Under the pieces are notes generated by a model, which saw nothing but the letters and a program-made list of their open reading frames with translations, ran no database searches and was not told where the DNA came from. From an uncultured Bacteroidota bacterium (GTDB lineage Bacteria > Bacteroidota > Bacteroidia > Flavobacteriales > Flavobacteriaceae), in NCBI GenBank assembly GCA_902593165.1, contig CACJHI010000005.1:9238-73237 (forward strand): a DNA stretch of 64,000 bases, given 5' to 3'. This document shows, one piece after another, positions 40,032-49,443 of the stretch. Both the position numbers and the translations under genes were made by a program. Position 1 is the first letter of the stretch. Each line of letters opens with the position of its first letter.

Positions 40032-42857
40032 CTATTTTATTTTAAATTGATTTTCTATTGTGGTATTATCTGTTTTTATGGAAATAGAGTAAACACCTTT
40101 CTGTAAATAATATTTTCCATTTTGAGATTTATCTTTTAAATCAATATCTGCATCATCTAATATTGTCAAATTATAATCAATAAAATTATATCCCTTATCA
40201 AGTGAAATTGATTTTGAAAATAAAATATCTTTCTCATTGTTAATAATATCAAAAGAAGCGTTATGACTTGATTTAGAGAAAATTGAAAACTTTAAACTTG
40301 GTGTGTAATAATTTTTATCTGTACTCCTTTTTGTACCCCATCTTTCAGAAAACCTAACATCTTTAACATCAAAAATCTTAATATCTGATTGTTGATTATC
40401 AATATCATGGTTCTGAATTAGAGCTATGTCAGCTAGATATATTGATCTACCGTGTGTTCCAACTAATAGATGCTGCTTTTCTTCTTGTATAACTAAATCA
40501 TGTACAGCTGCAGATGTAAGACCTTTATTGAATGGCTCCCAAGTTTTTCCTTGATCTAATGAAATATATACCCCATGATCATTTCCAACGTATAAAATAT
40601 CTTCATTAACGTTATCTTCTATGACAACATTAATAGGTGAATCTGGTAGATTAGAACTTATAGATTCCCATGTCTTACCATAATTCTTACTTTGAAATAG
40701 ATAAGGTGAAAAGTTGTCCCATCTGTAACCATCAAGAGATAAATAAACAACTTTTTCATCATGATTTGAAGCATAAACATTACTTACCCAAAGTTCCTCT
40801 GGAAGATTCCCTGAGATATTCTTCCATGTTTTTCCACTATTTTTTGATACATACACAAAACCGTCATCACTTCCTGTATATAGGACTCCCTCTTTAACTG
40901 GTGATTCAGAAATTGTTGTAATTGTTCCATAAGGAACATTACCCTTTTTACCACCACTAGTTAAATCTTCTGAAATAGTCTCCCAGTCATCTCCTTGGTT
41001 AGAGGATTTATGTAAAAAGTTTGATCCAAGGTATAAAACATCCTGATTATGAGGTGATAGAAGAATAGGAGTCTGCCAATTAAATCTGAATGGAGAGTTA
41101 CCAAGCTCATGAATTGGTTTAATAGATTTTCTTCTTCCGGTGTCTAAATCTAAACGAGCGTAAAAACCAAACTGAGATCCCGTAAAAACAATGTTTGGGT
41201 TTCTATTATCAATTTGAACTTCCATTCCATCTCCACCAAGAATGCCCTTCCATGCATATTGACCTGTCATGTTCCATCTTTTATTCTCTAAAGAATTATG
41301 TGGTCCCATCCAGACTCCATTATCTTGCAGCCCACCATAAACATTATATGGTGTTTGATTATCTACATTAATTGCATAAAACTGTCCGACTTCAGTAGAA
41401 TTATTTTTTATCCAGTTTTTTCCATCATCGTAAGTTATATTTACTCCTCCATCATTTCCATTTATAAGGTGTCCGGGTTTATCAGGATTTATCCATAAAT
41501 CATGATGATCAGCATGAACATTCTCCTTTCCAATTCTATAAAAAGTTTTTCCACCATCATCAGATGTCAAAATTGGAACACCATAAGTATATATCTTTTG
41601 ACTATTACTTGGATCTACATGGATTTTTCCAAAATAATATCCATAAGTATTGTATACTCCATCTAAAAAAGAGTCATGTGTTTTGGTCCAAGTTTTTCCA
41701 CCATTTTCACTTTTATAAACCTCTGCTCCAATTATTGGAGTATCAAATAATTCGGAGTTTGCATTTACTAAATATCTATATAGATCATCAGGTTTGAGTT
41801 TTCCATCATTAATGTCTTTTTTAATTGCATCAGGTTTATACTTAGACGGAAACCTATTAGATCTTAAAAAAGCTCTAAGGTCATTAATACTTATTTTATT
41901 AAAGTTTTCAACTGTCATACCTATGAAGGACTCTTTTGTTAAACCTTGATCTACTTTTTTCTCGGTGGATTCTCTGAAATTTTGATTGTCGACAACTCCG
42001 TAAACTATGTCTTTATCAAAAACTGCTATTCCAATTCTTCCTATTCCAGCTCCTGTTGGAAAGCCTGATTCATCATTAGATATCAAGCTCCAATTATCTC
42101 CTCCATCAATACTTTTATATATTCCTGAGCTATGCCCATCCTCGTCAAAATTCCAAGCCTTTCTATCTTTTTCCCAAGATGTTGCATACATTATATTAAA
42201 ATCTCCTGGCGTTTCAGACATATCAATAATTCCACTAACATCATTTATATATAATGTCCTATCCCAGTTTTTACCCCCATCTTTTGTTACATATACACCT
42301 CTATTAATATTCTTTGAATATAAGTGTCCAGTAACTCCAATTACTACATGATTAGAATTTTCAGGATTTATTAGAATTTTTCCAATATGATGACTATCAT
42401 GCAAACCAACATTTTTCCAGTTTGAACCATCAGCATTGGTCTTTAAAATTCCAATCCCAGAGTATGAAGATCTTGAAGAATTATTTTCTCCTGTTCCAAC
42501 CCATAATATACCATTATTCCAGTCCATTGCTATTTCTCCAATATTTTGAGTTGGCCAATCATCAGATATAGAATTAAATGATGTTCCATTATTATCTGTA
42601 TACCAAACTCCTCCAGAAGCATATGCAACATAGAATTTTGTTGGATCTTGAGAATTGACCTCTAGTGCAACAACTCTTCCACTCATTATTGTCGGACCTA
42701 TATTTCTAAATTCAAGGTTTTTGACCCTAGATGATTGTACTAAGACCTCTTTATTTTCATAAGCGTTAATGATACTTTCTGCATCCGTTGGATTTGGTTG
42801 AGAAAACACTACAAAAGAGCTTATTAAACTTAGTGAAATTGATAAAATCTGTCTCAT
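40032..42857 (-). CDS. Secreted sortilin/VPS10-type BNR (Asp-box) repeat protein
   Basis: 941 aa with signal peptide and at least 9 Asp-box motifs (TKDGGKNW, SIDGGDNW, SENGGKTW, SDDGGKTF, YDDGKNW, SKNSGKTW, SKNYGKTW, SLDQGKTW). Confidence 0.75.
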   Translation of the reverse strand: MRQILSISLSLISSFVVFSQPNPTDAESIINAYENKEVLVQSSRVKNLEFRNIGPTIMSGRVVALEVNSQDPTKFYVAYASGGVWYTDNNGTSFNSISDDWPTQNIGEIAMDWNNGILWVGTGENNSSRSSYSGIGILKTNADGSNWKNVGLHDSHHIGKILINPENSNHVVIGVTGHLYSKNINRGVYVTKDGGKNWDRTLYINDVSGIIDMSETPGDFNIMYATSWEKDRKAWNFDEDGHSSGIYKSIDGGDNWSLISNDESGFPTGAGIGRIGIAVFDKDIVYGVVDNQNFRESTEKKVDQGLTKESFIGMTVENFNKISINDLRAFLRSNRFPSKYKPDAIKKDINDGKLKPDDLYRYLVNANSELFDTPIIGAEVYKSENGGKTWTKTHDSFLDGVYNTYGYYFGKIHVDPSNSQKIYTYGVPILTSDDGGKTFYRIGKENVHADHHDLWINPDKPGHLINGNDGGVNITYDDGKNWIKNNSTEVGQFYAINVDNQTPYNVYGGLQDNGVWMGPHNSLENKRWNMTGQYAWKGILGGDGMEVQIDNRNPNIVFTGSQFGFYARLDLDTGRRKSIKPIHELGNSPFRFNWQTPILLSPHNQDVLYLGSNFLHKSSNQGDDWETISEDLTSGGKKGNVPYGTITTISESPVKEGVLYTGSDDGFVYVSKNSGKTWKNISGNLPEELWVSNVYASNHDEKVVYLSLDGYRWDNFSPYLFQSKNYGKTWESISSNLPDSPINVVIEDNVNEDILYVGNDHGVYISLDQGKTWEPFNKGLTSAAVHDLVIQEEKQHLLVGTHGRSIYLADIALIQNHDIDNQQSDIKIFDVKDVRFSERWGTKRSTDKNYYTPSLKFSIFSKSSHNASFDIINNEKDILFSKSISLDKGYNFIDYNLTILDDADIDLKDKSQNGKYYLQKGVYSISIKTDNTTIENQFKIK

Positions 42858-42921
42858 ATTATGTAATTTTACCTTTAATTTAAAAACATTAAATTAAATA
42901 AGGGTAATTGATAAAGATAAA

Positions 42922-44211
42922 ATGAAATATACTCCACTCAGTAATTCAGTATATAAAAGGAACAGAATTAATTTCATGAATGAAATGAAGGGGAACTGTT
43001 TGGCTGTCTTCAACTCTAATGACATATATCCAGTAAGTGCAGACTCTGAACTACCTTTTGAACAACATAGAGATATTTTTCATCTATCTGGTATTGATCA
43101 AGAAGAAACTATTTTATTACTATATCCTCCATCAAAAGATGATAAAACAAGAGAAATACTTTTTATAAGAAAATCTGACAATCATACTAAAGTATGGGAA
43201 GGTGAGAAATTAAGTAAAAAACAAGCAAATGAACTATCTGGTATTGACAACATATACTATATAGAAGACTTTAAGGCTGTCCTTAGTTCAATTGCAACTA
43301 AAGTTGATACTTTTTATATAAATAAAAATGAGCATTATAGAGCAAACTCTCCTGTTGAGACCAGAGAAGATAGATTTATTTCATGGCTTCTAAAAAAATA
43401 CCCTGCTCACAATGTTGCAAAAAGCAATCCTATACTTCAAAGACAGAGATCAATAAAGCACCCTCATGAAATTGATCAAATAAAAAGAGCATGTGGAATA
43501 ACAAGCAAGGGGTTTAATAGAGTATTAAAATTTATTAAACCTGATATCTGGGAATATGAAATTGAAGCAGAGTTCATCCATGAATTTATTAATAATTCAT
43601 CAAAAGGTTTTGCATATTCTCCAATCATTGCCAGTGGTAATGACAATAATGTACTTCACTATATAAAAAATAACAAGCAATGTAAAAGTGGGGAATTAAT
43701 ATTAATGGATGTTGGAGCAGAATATGGTAATTATTCAAGTGATATGACACGAACTGTTCCTGTTTCAGGAAAGTTTTCAAAAAGACAAAAGGAAATCTAC
43801 GATGCTGTTTTAAGAGTTAAGAATGAAGCAACTAAACTTTTAACTGTTGGTAACAATTGGAAATTATTTCATGAGCAAGTAGGTGAAATTATGACAGCTG
43901 AGCTGATAAAAATTAAATTATTAGATAAAGTTGATATAAAAAATGAAACAAAAAAGAATCCTGCTTACAAAAAGTATTTTATGCATGGAACTTCTCATCA
44001 TTTAGGTCTTGATACACATGATTATGGACTATTGGAAGATCCTTTTCAAGAAAATATGGTTTTTACAGTTGAACCTGGTATTTATATTCCTGATGAAGGG
44101 TTTGGAATAAGGCTTGAAGACGATGTAGTAATTCAAAGTAAGGGTGAACCTATAAACCTAATGAAGGATATACCAATTGAGCCAGACCATATTGAAGAAT
44201 TGATGAATTAG
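42922..44211 (+). CDS. pepP: Xaa-Pro aminopeptidase (M24B)
   Basis: LMDVGAEYGNYSSDMTRT, HGTSHHLGLDTHD, VFTVEPGIY, GIRLEDD metal ligands. Confidence 0.85.
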   Translation: MKYTPLSNSVYKRNRINFMNEMKGNCLAVFNSNDIYPVSADSELPFEQHRDIFHLSGIDQEETILLLYPPSKDDKTREILFIRKSDNHTKVWEGEKLSKKQANELSGIDNIYYIEDFKAVLSSIATKVDTFYINKNEHYRANSPVETREDRFISWLLKKYPAHNVAKSNPILQRQRSIKHPHEIDQIKRACGITSKGFNRVLKFIKPDIWEYEIEAEFIHEFINNSSKGFAYSPIIASGNDNNVLHYIKNNKQCKSGELILMDVGAEYGNYSSDMTRTVPVSGKFSKRQKEIYDAVLRVKNEATKLLTVGNNWKLFHEQVGEIMTAELIKIKLLDKVDIKNETKKNPAYKKYFMHGTSHHLGLDTHDYGLLEDPFQENMVFTVEPGIYIPDEGFGIRLEDDVVIQSKGEPINLMKDIPIEPDHIEELMN

Positions 44212-44873
44212 TTTGATTCTTCTTTTTTTAAAATCTTTATGTCACTTATTAAGTTATCCATTACATCATTATCCGTACCATCATAAAAACCTCTGATTCT
44301 TCTTTTAGAATCAACTAATACAAAATTTTCAGTATGTATCATATCATATTGAATAGGGCTTTCAATATCTTCTGCAACTAGATATGACTTTCTAGCTAAA
44401 TTATAAATCTGTTTTTTGTCTCCTGTAACCATATTCCATTTAGAGTCTATTACTCCTTTTTCTTGAGAATATTTTTTTAAAACAGAAACTGAATCAATTT
44501 CTGGTGTAACAGTATGAGATAGAAGCAAAACATTATCATCATTAATGAACTCATTTTGTAGTGTAATCATATTTTCTTTCATGATTGGGCAAATACCTGG
44601 GCATGTTGTGAAGAAAAAGTCTGCTACATATATTTTTCCATCATAGGTTTCATTGGAAACTACTTCATTGTTCTGATTTATTAATGAGAAGTCATCAATT
44701 TTGTGAAATCTTTTTATATGCTGAATTGTGCTATCAACTAACTGAAACTTTACCATATTAGGTTGATATATAGGTAGTTTCTTTTCAGGCGTCAACACAT
44801 TATAGAACATGAAAATAGCTGCTAACGATATAGTTAGCATAACAGAAGCAAAAAGACCATACCTTTTTAACAT
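44208..44873 (-). CDS. SCO1/SenC family copper chaperone / thiol-disulfide protein
   Basis: FFFTTCPGICP (CxxxC) and TH...D motifs. I prefer ATG 44873 (MLKRYGLFASVML TM anchor) to the TTG at 44897. Confidence 0.8.
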   Translation of the reverse strand: MLKRYGLFASVMLTISLAAIFMFYNVLTPEKKLPIYQPNMVKFQLVDSTIQHIKRFHKIDDFSLINQNNEVVSNETYDGKIYVADFFFTTCPGICPIMKENMITLQNEFINDDNVLLLSHTVTPEIDSVSVLKKYSQEKGVIDSKWNMVTGDKKQIYNLARKSYLVAEDIESPIQYDMIHTENFVLVDSKRRIRGFYDGTDNDVMDNLISDIKILKKEESN

Positions 44874-44950
44874 ATTTTTTTTATTTGGGGATAACAAAGA
44901 TAATTCAAGGAATTAAAAAAATATTAAATTTGCAGTTCAAAAATTAAAAT

Positions 44951-46273
44951 ATGTTTTCACCAGAATTTTTTATCAAAGCAGGACAATTGTTATTATCATT
45001 ATCCATTTTGATTGCATTACATGAGCTTGGCCACTTTATTCCTGCAAGAATATTTGGATGTAGAGTTGAGAAATTCTATCTATTCTTCGATGTAAAATAT
45101 TCTTTATTTAAAAAGAAAATTGGTGATACAGTATATGGAATTGGTTGGTTACCACTTGGTGGTTATGTAAAGATCTCGGGTATGATTGACGAAAGTTTTG
45201 ATAAAGAGCAAATGCAAAAACCACCTCAACCATGGGAGTTTAGATCAAAACCTGCATGGCAAAGACTAATTATTATGCTTGGTGGGGTAACTGTTAATTT
45301 ACTTCTTGGATTCTTTATTTACATGATGGTTCTATTTGTTTGGGGGAAAGAAACACTTCCGCAAGAAAACATACCTCTTGGTCTAGAGCCTTCTGCTTTC
45401 ATTCAAGAAATAGGTTTTGATAAAGGTGATAAAATAATTGATGTAGATGGTGAGGAGTTAGACTTCGTTTTAGACATAAACAGGATGTTACTTTTAAGGC
45501 CAGTTGATAAAGTAAAAGTTGAGAAACTTGATGGTACTATTTCTGAGATTAAAATCCCAGAAAATATTGGTAATGATATATTCCAAAGTGGACAGATAAG
45601 TAGTTTTACTCCTTTATTTAGTGCTACTATAGACTCTGTCTACAATGACTCTCCTGCACTGTATGCAGGGATGCAATCTGGAGATATAATTGTGTCAATA
45701 AATGGAGAAAGCATTTATGACTGGGGAGATTTCTCAAATTGGATAGATAATAATCCTGATGATATAATAGATGTTGAAGTTGAAAGAGGAAACTCTATTT
45801 ATAAATTAAATATTGATAGAAATGATGATGGAACAATTGGAGTTTTGAGAAGAAATGGAATTAAAACTATAAATAAAAAACTTGGTATATCTGAGAGTAT
45901 TGTTCAAGGATTTAATTACGGATATTGGACCCTATATGAGTATGTTGCTGGATTTTCATTTGTTTTCACAAAAAAAGGAGCATCACAGCTTGGTGGTTTT
46001 GGAACAATTGGTAATATCTTCCCTGCAAAGTGGGATTGGAAAGGTTTTTGGTTATCAACTGCTCTTATATCTATTATTCTAGCTTTTATGAATGTATTGC
46101 CAATTCCTGCTTTAGACGGTGGGCATGTAATGTTTCTTTTATATGAAATGGTCTCAGGAAGAAAGCCTAGCGATAGATTTATGGAAGTCTCAACTATGAT
46201 TGGATTCTTTATTTTAATTGCCATTGTTCTTTACGCAAATGGAAATGATATAGTCAGGGCTTTTGCTAACTAA
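44951..46273 (+). CDS. rseP: RIP metalloprotease RseP (site-2 protease, M50)
   Basis: HELGHF, PDZ region, NVLPIPALDGGH. Confidence 0.9.
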   Translation: MFSPEFFIKAGQLLLSLSILIALHELGHFIPARIFGCRVEKFYLFFDVKYSLFKKKIGDTVYGIGWLPLGGYVKISGMIDESFDKEQMQKPPQPWEFRSKPAWQRLIIMLGGVTVNLLLGFFIYMMVLFVWGKETLPQENIPLGLEPSAFIQEIGFDKGDKIIDVDGEELDFVLDINRMLLLRPVDKVKVEKLDGTISEIKIPENIGNDIFQSGQISSFTPLFSATIDSVYNDSPALYAGMQSGDIIVSINGESIYDWGDFSNWIDNNPDDIIDVEVERGNSIYKLNIDRNDDGTIGVLRRNGIKTINKKLGISESIVQGFNYGYWTLYEYVAGFSFVFTKKGASQLGGFGTIGNIFPAKWDWKGFWLSTALISIILAFMNVLPIPALDGGHVMFLLYEMVSGRKPSDRFMEVSTMIGFFILIAIVLYANGNDIVRAFAN

Positions 46274-46275
46274 AA

Positions 46276-46301
46276 AAGGCTAGATTAAAAAACCTAGCCT
46301 T
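46276..46301. terminator. Hairpin terminator between convergent rseP and the TonB receptor
   Basis: 8-bp stem AAGGCTAG / CTAGCCTT with a 10-nt loop. Followed by a U-run on the minus-strand transcript and flanked by an A-run on plus. Confidence 0.55.
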
Positions 46302-46328
46302 CTTCAGATTAAATTGATTTAGGATATT

Positions 46329-48359
46329 TTAGAAATTATATTTCAATCCGATAGAAATATTTCTTCCTAGCCCAGCTATTCCAGATTCTTTTAATCTAGA
46401 TAAGTGATCATAATATTCAGTATCAAATACATTATCTACACTCCAGAAAATATCTAGATCATTATCTAAGAAAGATGTTCTCCAATTTCCAGAAAGATTT
46501 AAAAGTGAATATCCATCAGTCTCTTCTTCAAACTGAGAAATTCTGCTTTGTTTTGCCTTAGCTACAAAGTCAATTTCAAGAGAATAATTTTCTGAAAAGT
46601 CTAAGTTAAAGACTTGCTTAAATGTTAATGGAGCTATGAATGGAAGTGGATCACCATCAGCTGATTCTCCACGAATATACTCAAGAGATGTGTTAGAGCT
46701 CAACCATTCAATTCCTGTTTGTTTTGAGTAATTTATCTCAGAACCATATAATGTTGCATCTTGTTGCATAAAATTATATAATTTATATCCAGATACCATC
46801 TCGTTCGAGGGAGCCACATAAATGTAGTTAGATATATCATTAAGGAATATATCAAATGTAAGAGATGAGCTCTCACTCATCAAGTCAAGAGATATTTCAC
46901 TTTGAAAGCTTGTCTCAGACTCTAGATTAGGATTACCTTTTTCATATCTAAAGGTCCCATGATGAACTCCGTCAGCAAATAACTCAATTAAGTTTGGCGC
47001 CCTATATCCTGAACCTAGGTTTAGTCTTAAGGATGAGTTTTCAAAATTTCTCTTTAATCCAATTGAACCATTGAAATTTGAAAAATCAGCAGCTCCTTTT
47101 TCAGATGTTATAGATCTTGAGTCATATCTAACACCAATTAAAGCTGAACCATTCTCCATCGTAATCTGTCCTAACCCATATAATCCAAAATCATTCATAT
47201 CTGCATCTGGAATTAATTCTTCGTGACCAAAGTTTTTATTCTCTTGTGAGAGTATGTTAGTACCTAATATCATATTGAAGTTATCAGACTGAGGCATCGT
47301 TAAAGCAACATCAACTGTATTTGTTGTTAATTCCATGTCAAGTTCTGCTCCACTTCCACCGTGACCGTGATCATCGTGATCATCGTGGCCTTCATGATCA
47401 TCATGATCATCGTGGCCTTCCTCTTCACCATGACCGCCAAACTCTTTTCTTTCGTTAAATTGTCTACCTAGTGTTATTTCAAGATCATGATTGTTTCCAA
47501 GATCAAAATTATTCTTCCAAGTTAACATCGTATGCGATAACTCCTGATAATGACCTTCGTGATCATCATGGCCCTCGTGATCATCATGGCCCTCGTGATC
47601 ATCATGGCCCTCTTCCCCTTCAGGAATTCCTAATTCAGAAATATTTACTGAAAGTCTAAGATCAGATGAGAATTTTTCAGATTGATACTTTAAACCTCCC
47701 TGAAAATCATATTCCTTTAACCAAGTATTTTCAACTTCTCCATCAGGTGTTGAGAAGTTTTGATTGTCAGTCATATTTCCTCTTAATACATAAGAAAAGT
47801 CTCCTGAACCTCCCTTTAATCCTAAATTATTTGTAATACCGCTGTAATTGGAATTATAAATTCCCATATAATCAACAGAGAAATCATCAGAATACCTTTC
47901 TGGCTCAATATATAATACTCCACCCATGGCATCACTTCCATAAAGAACATATGCTGGACCTTTGATTAATTCAACAGAGCTAATACCAGAAGTTGAAACA
48001 CCTACTCCGTGCTCATCTCCCCATTGATGATTCTCTAACCTTACCCCTTGAGAATAAATTATTACTCTGCTTGCACTAAGCCCTCTAACGGATGGTTTTG
48101 CAATTCCAGGCCCTGTTGTTATTAAGCTAATTCCTGGAAGCTTAGATATTGATTTACTTATGTACGATCTTAGAATTGGGTTAATACTGTTTAGGTTGAT
48201 TTTATTTACTTTAATAACAGACTTTCCACGATCTTGATTAAAAGGCAGAGATAAGATAATTTCATCTAACTCTACAGTGTCAGCATTCGTTTGTGAAAAA
48301 GAAGCCTGAGAAATTAATAGCATTGAAGCTAATAGACTATAAATATATTTTTTATTCAT
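46329..48359 (-). CDS. TonB-dependent receptor with two His/Asp/Glu-rich insertions (ZnuD-like candidate metal receptor)
   Basis: Signal peptide MNKKYIYSLLASMLLISQASFSQ (the second Met of the ORF is preferred), plug LIKGPAYVLYGSDAMGG, C-terminal GRNISIGLKYNF. Inserts: EGHDDHEGHDDHEGHDDHEGH and GHGEEEGHDDHDDHEGHDDHDDHGHGG. Confidence 0.85.
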   Translation of the reverse strand: MNKKYIYSLLASMLLISQASFSQTNADTVELDEIILSLPFNQDRGKSVIKVNKINLNSINPILRSYISKSISKLPGISLITTGPGIAKPSVRGLSASRVIIYSQGVRLENHQWGDEHGVGVSTSGISSVELIKGPAYVLYGSDAMGGVLYIEPERYSDDFSVDYMGIYNSNYSGITNNLGLKGGSGDFSYVLRGNMTDNQNFSTPDGEVENTWLKEYDFQGGLKYQSEKFSSDLRLSVNISELGIPEGEEGHDDHEGHDDHEGHDDHEGHYQELSHTMLTWKNNFDLGNNHDLEITLGRQFNERKEFGGHGEEEGHDDHDDHEGHDDHDDHGHGGSGAELDMELTTNTVDVALTMPQSDNFNMILGTNILSQENKNFGHEELIPDADMNDFGLYGLGQITMENGSALIGVRYDSRSITSEKGAADFSNFNGSIGLKRNFENSSLRLNLGSGYRAPNLIELFADGVHHGTFRYEKGNPNLESETSFQSEISLDLMSESSSLTFDIFLNDISNYIYVAPSNEMVSGYKLYNFMQQDATLYGSEINYSKQTGIEWLSSNTSLEYIRGESADGDPLPFIAPLTFKQVFNLDFSENYSLEIDFVAKAKQSRISQFEEETDGYSLLNLSGNWRTSFLDNDLDIFWSVDNVFDTEYYDHLSRLKESGIAGLGRNISIGLKYNF
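47367..47420 (-). repeat. 27-bp x2 imperfect tandem repeat encoding EGHDDHDDH
   Basis: GTGATCATCGTGATCATCGTGGCCTTC followed by ATGATCATCATGATCATCGTGGCCTTC (25/27 identical). Confidence 0.85.
47557..47610 (-). repeat. Perfect 18-bp x3 tandem repeat encoding (EGHDDH)3
   Basis: TCGTGATCATCATGGCCC repeated three times without a mismatch, in frame. Confidence 0.9.
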
Positions 48360-48415
48360 TTTATGTTTTTTAATTTTTATTTGGTGCATTTTTTTGCTTT
48401 ACACAAAGCTTAAAG

Positions 48416-48444
48416 ATTACCTCCTCACTATGTAAGGAGGTAAT
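48416..48444 (-). other. Intercistronic hairpin between the mini-lipoprotein gene and the receptor gene
   Basis: 9-bp stem ATTACCTCC / GGAGGTAAT with an 11-nt loop; possible attenuator or processing site. Confidence 0.35.
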
Positions 48445-48454
48445 AATTTGATTG

Positions 48455-48592
48455 TTAAGATTTAGCTACATAAGCAATGTGGTCATGATCGTCATGGTCG
48501 TCATGATCATGGTCATCATGATCATCTTTTCCACAAGAAACCACTGCTAGAGTAACAAAAGTAAACATCAATAGGTATAAATATTTTTTCAT
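48455..48592 (-). CDS. Unannotated 45-aa mini-lipoprotein with a 16-residue pure Asp/His tract
   Basis: Own translation: MKKYLYLLMFTFVTLAVVSCGKDDHDDHDHDDHDDHDHIAYVAKS, ATG to TAA. Lipobox VVSC. Immediately upstream of the His-rich receptor on the same strand. Confidence 0.6.
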   Translation of the reverse strand: MKKYLYLLMFTFVTLAVVSCGKDDHDDHDHDDHDDHDHIAYVAKS

Positions 48593-48624
48593 AATTATTT
48601 AAATTTTAATATGTTAATATGAAA

Positions 48625-48648
48625 TATTAGATTAAGCGAAATCTAATA
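48625..48648. promoter_or_regulatory. Palindrome TATTAGATT-N6-AATCTAATA upstream of the mini-lipoprotein gene
   Basis: Perfect 9-bp arms with a 6-nt spacer. Lies 33 nt upstream of the ATG at 48592 and 17 nt downstream of the stop of the 109-aa ORF. Either an operator or a terminator. Confidence 0.35.
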
Positions 48649-48664
48649 GTAAATTAAATAGAAA

Positions 48665-48994
48665 TTAGACCAGACTTGGTGGCCCTCTATTTGGCAGAAT
48701 ACTAAATTCAGTATTTAATAATAGTTCATTATACTGATTAAAAGTACTTTTGAAATAGTGAGATATATATGATTCGTATGAGTGATTTAAGAAAAAGTCT
48801 AAGTCGTCTTCTTGAATTGAAAATAAAGATATTTTACAATGAACTTCAGATTCATGAACACTTATGTTTTCTTCAATTGAAATATCATGTGAGTCATGTA
48901 TGGCATGAAAAGCTTCAACTACTGTGGGCAACAGTAGAGAAATTAATAGAATATAACTAAAAAAATTTCTCACTTTGTATATCAAATATAGCAA
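48665..48994 (-). CDS. Hypothetical N-terminally anchored His-rich protein
   Basis: 109 aa. TM segment FFSYILLISLLLPTVV, then EAFHAIHDSHDISIEENISVHESEVHC. Same strand as the receptor module. Confidence 0.45.
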   Translation of the reverse strand: MLYLIYKVRNFFSYILLISLLLPTVVEAFHAIHDSHDISIEENISVHESEVHCKISLFSIQEDDLDFFLNHSYESYISHYFKSTFNQYNELLLNTEFSILPNRGPPSLV

Positions 48995-49040
48995 TAAGAT
49001 TAAACTTAAATGTAAAAAAAAATTTATATTTGCCGACTAT

Positions 49041-49114
49041 TCCTCCTTAGCTCAGTTGGTTAGAGCATCTGACTGTTAATCAGAGGGTCCTTGGTTCGAG
49101 TCCAAGAGGGGGAG
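49041..49114 (+). tRNA. tRNA-Asn (anticodon GTT)
   Basis: Cloverleaf read by eye: acceptor TCCTCCT/AGGGGGA, D-arm AGCTCAGTTGGTTAGAGC, anticodon loop CTGTTAA, T-arm CTTGGTTCGAGTCCAAG. CCA is not encoded. Confidence 0.9.
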
Positions 49115-49127
49115 CAAGTAAAATGAT

Positions 49128-49167
49128 AAAACGGTTAGACTATTTAGTTTAACCGTTTTTTTATTTT
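49128..49167 (+). terminator. Rho-independent terminator after tRNA-Asn
   Basis: 10-bp stem AAAACGGTTA / TAACCGTTTT, 12-nt loop, T-rich tail. Confidence 0.7.
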
Positions 49168-49172
49168 TGAAT

Positions 49173-49442
49173 ATGTCTAGAAAAGTTTTTTACCCACTCT
49201 TATTATTATTTATTCCATTAATTGGAATGAATTTTACTGATGAGATTGATTGGTCTCTTTCTGATTTTATTGTAGCAGGTTTAATTTTATTAGTTTTTAG
49301 TATTTGTGCAAACTTCATAATACTTAAAATATCTAATAAAAATGTAAGAGTAGTCTACATAACTATTCTATTAATAATATTTGTGTTAGTTTGGGCAGAG
49401 CTGGCTGTAGGAATTTGTGGGAGTCCCTTCGCTGGGAGCTAA
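49173..49442 (+). CDS. Small hypothetical membrane protein (3 TM)
   Basis: About 89 aa from the ATG (the ORF track uses a TTG two codons upstream); hydrophobic throughout. Confidence 0.4.
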   Translation: MSRKVFYPLLLLFIPLIGMNFTDEIDWSLSDFIVAGLILLVFSICANFIILKISNKNVRVVYITILLIIFVLVWAELAVGICGSPFAGS

Positions 49443-49443
49443 C

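Noticed and set aside
47471-47659. 62-aa plus-strand ORF reading DHHGPRDHHGPRDHHGP, and any idea that the 18-bp repeats are a CRISPR-like array
   Set aside because: The repeats are directly adjacent with no spacers, sit in frame in the receptor gene and encode its His-rich loop. The plus-strand ORF is just their complement.
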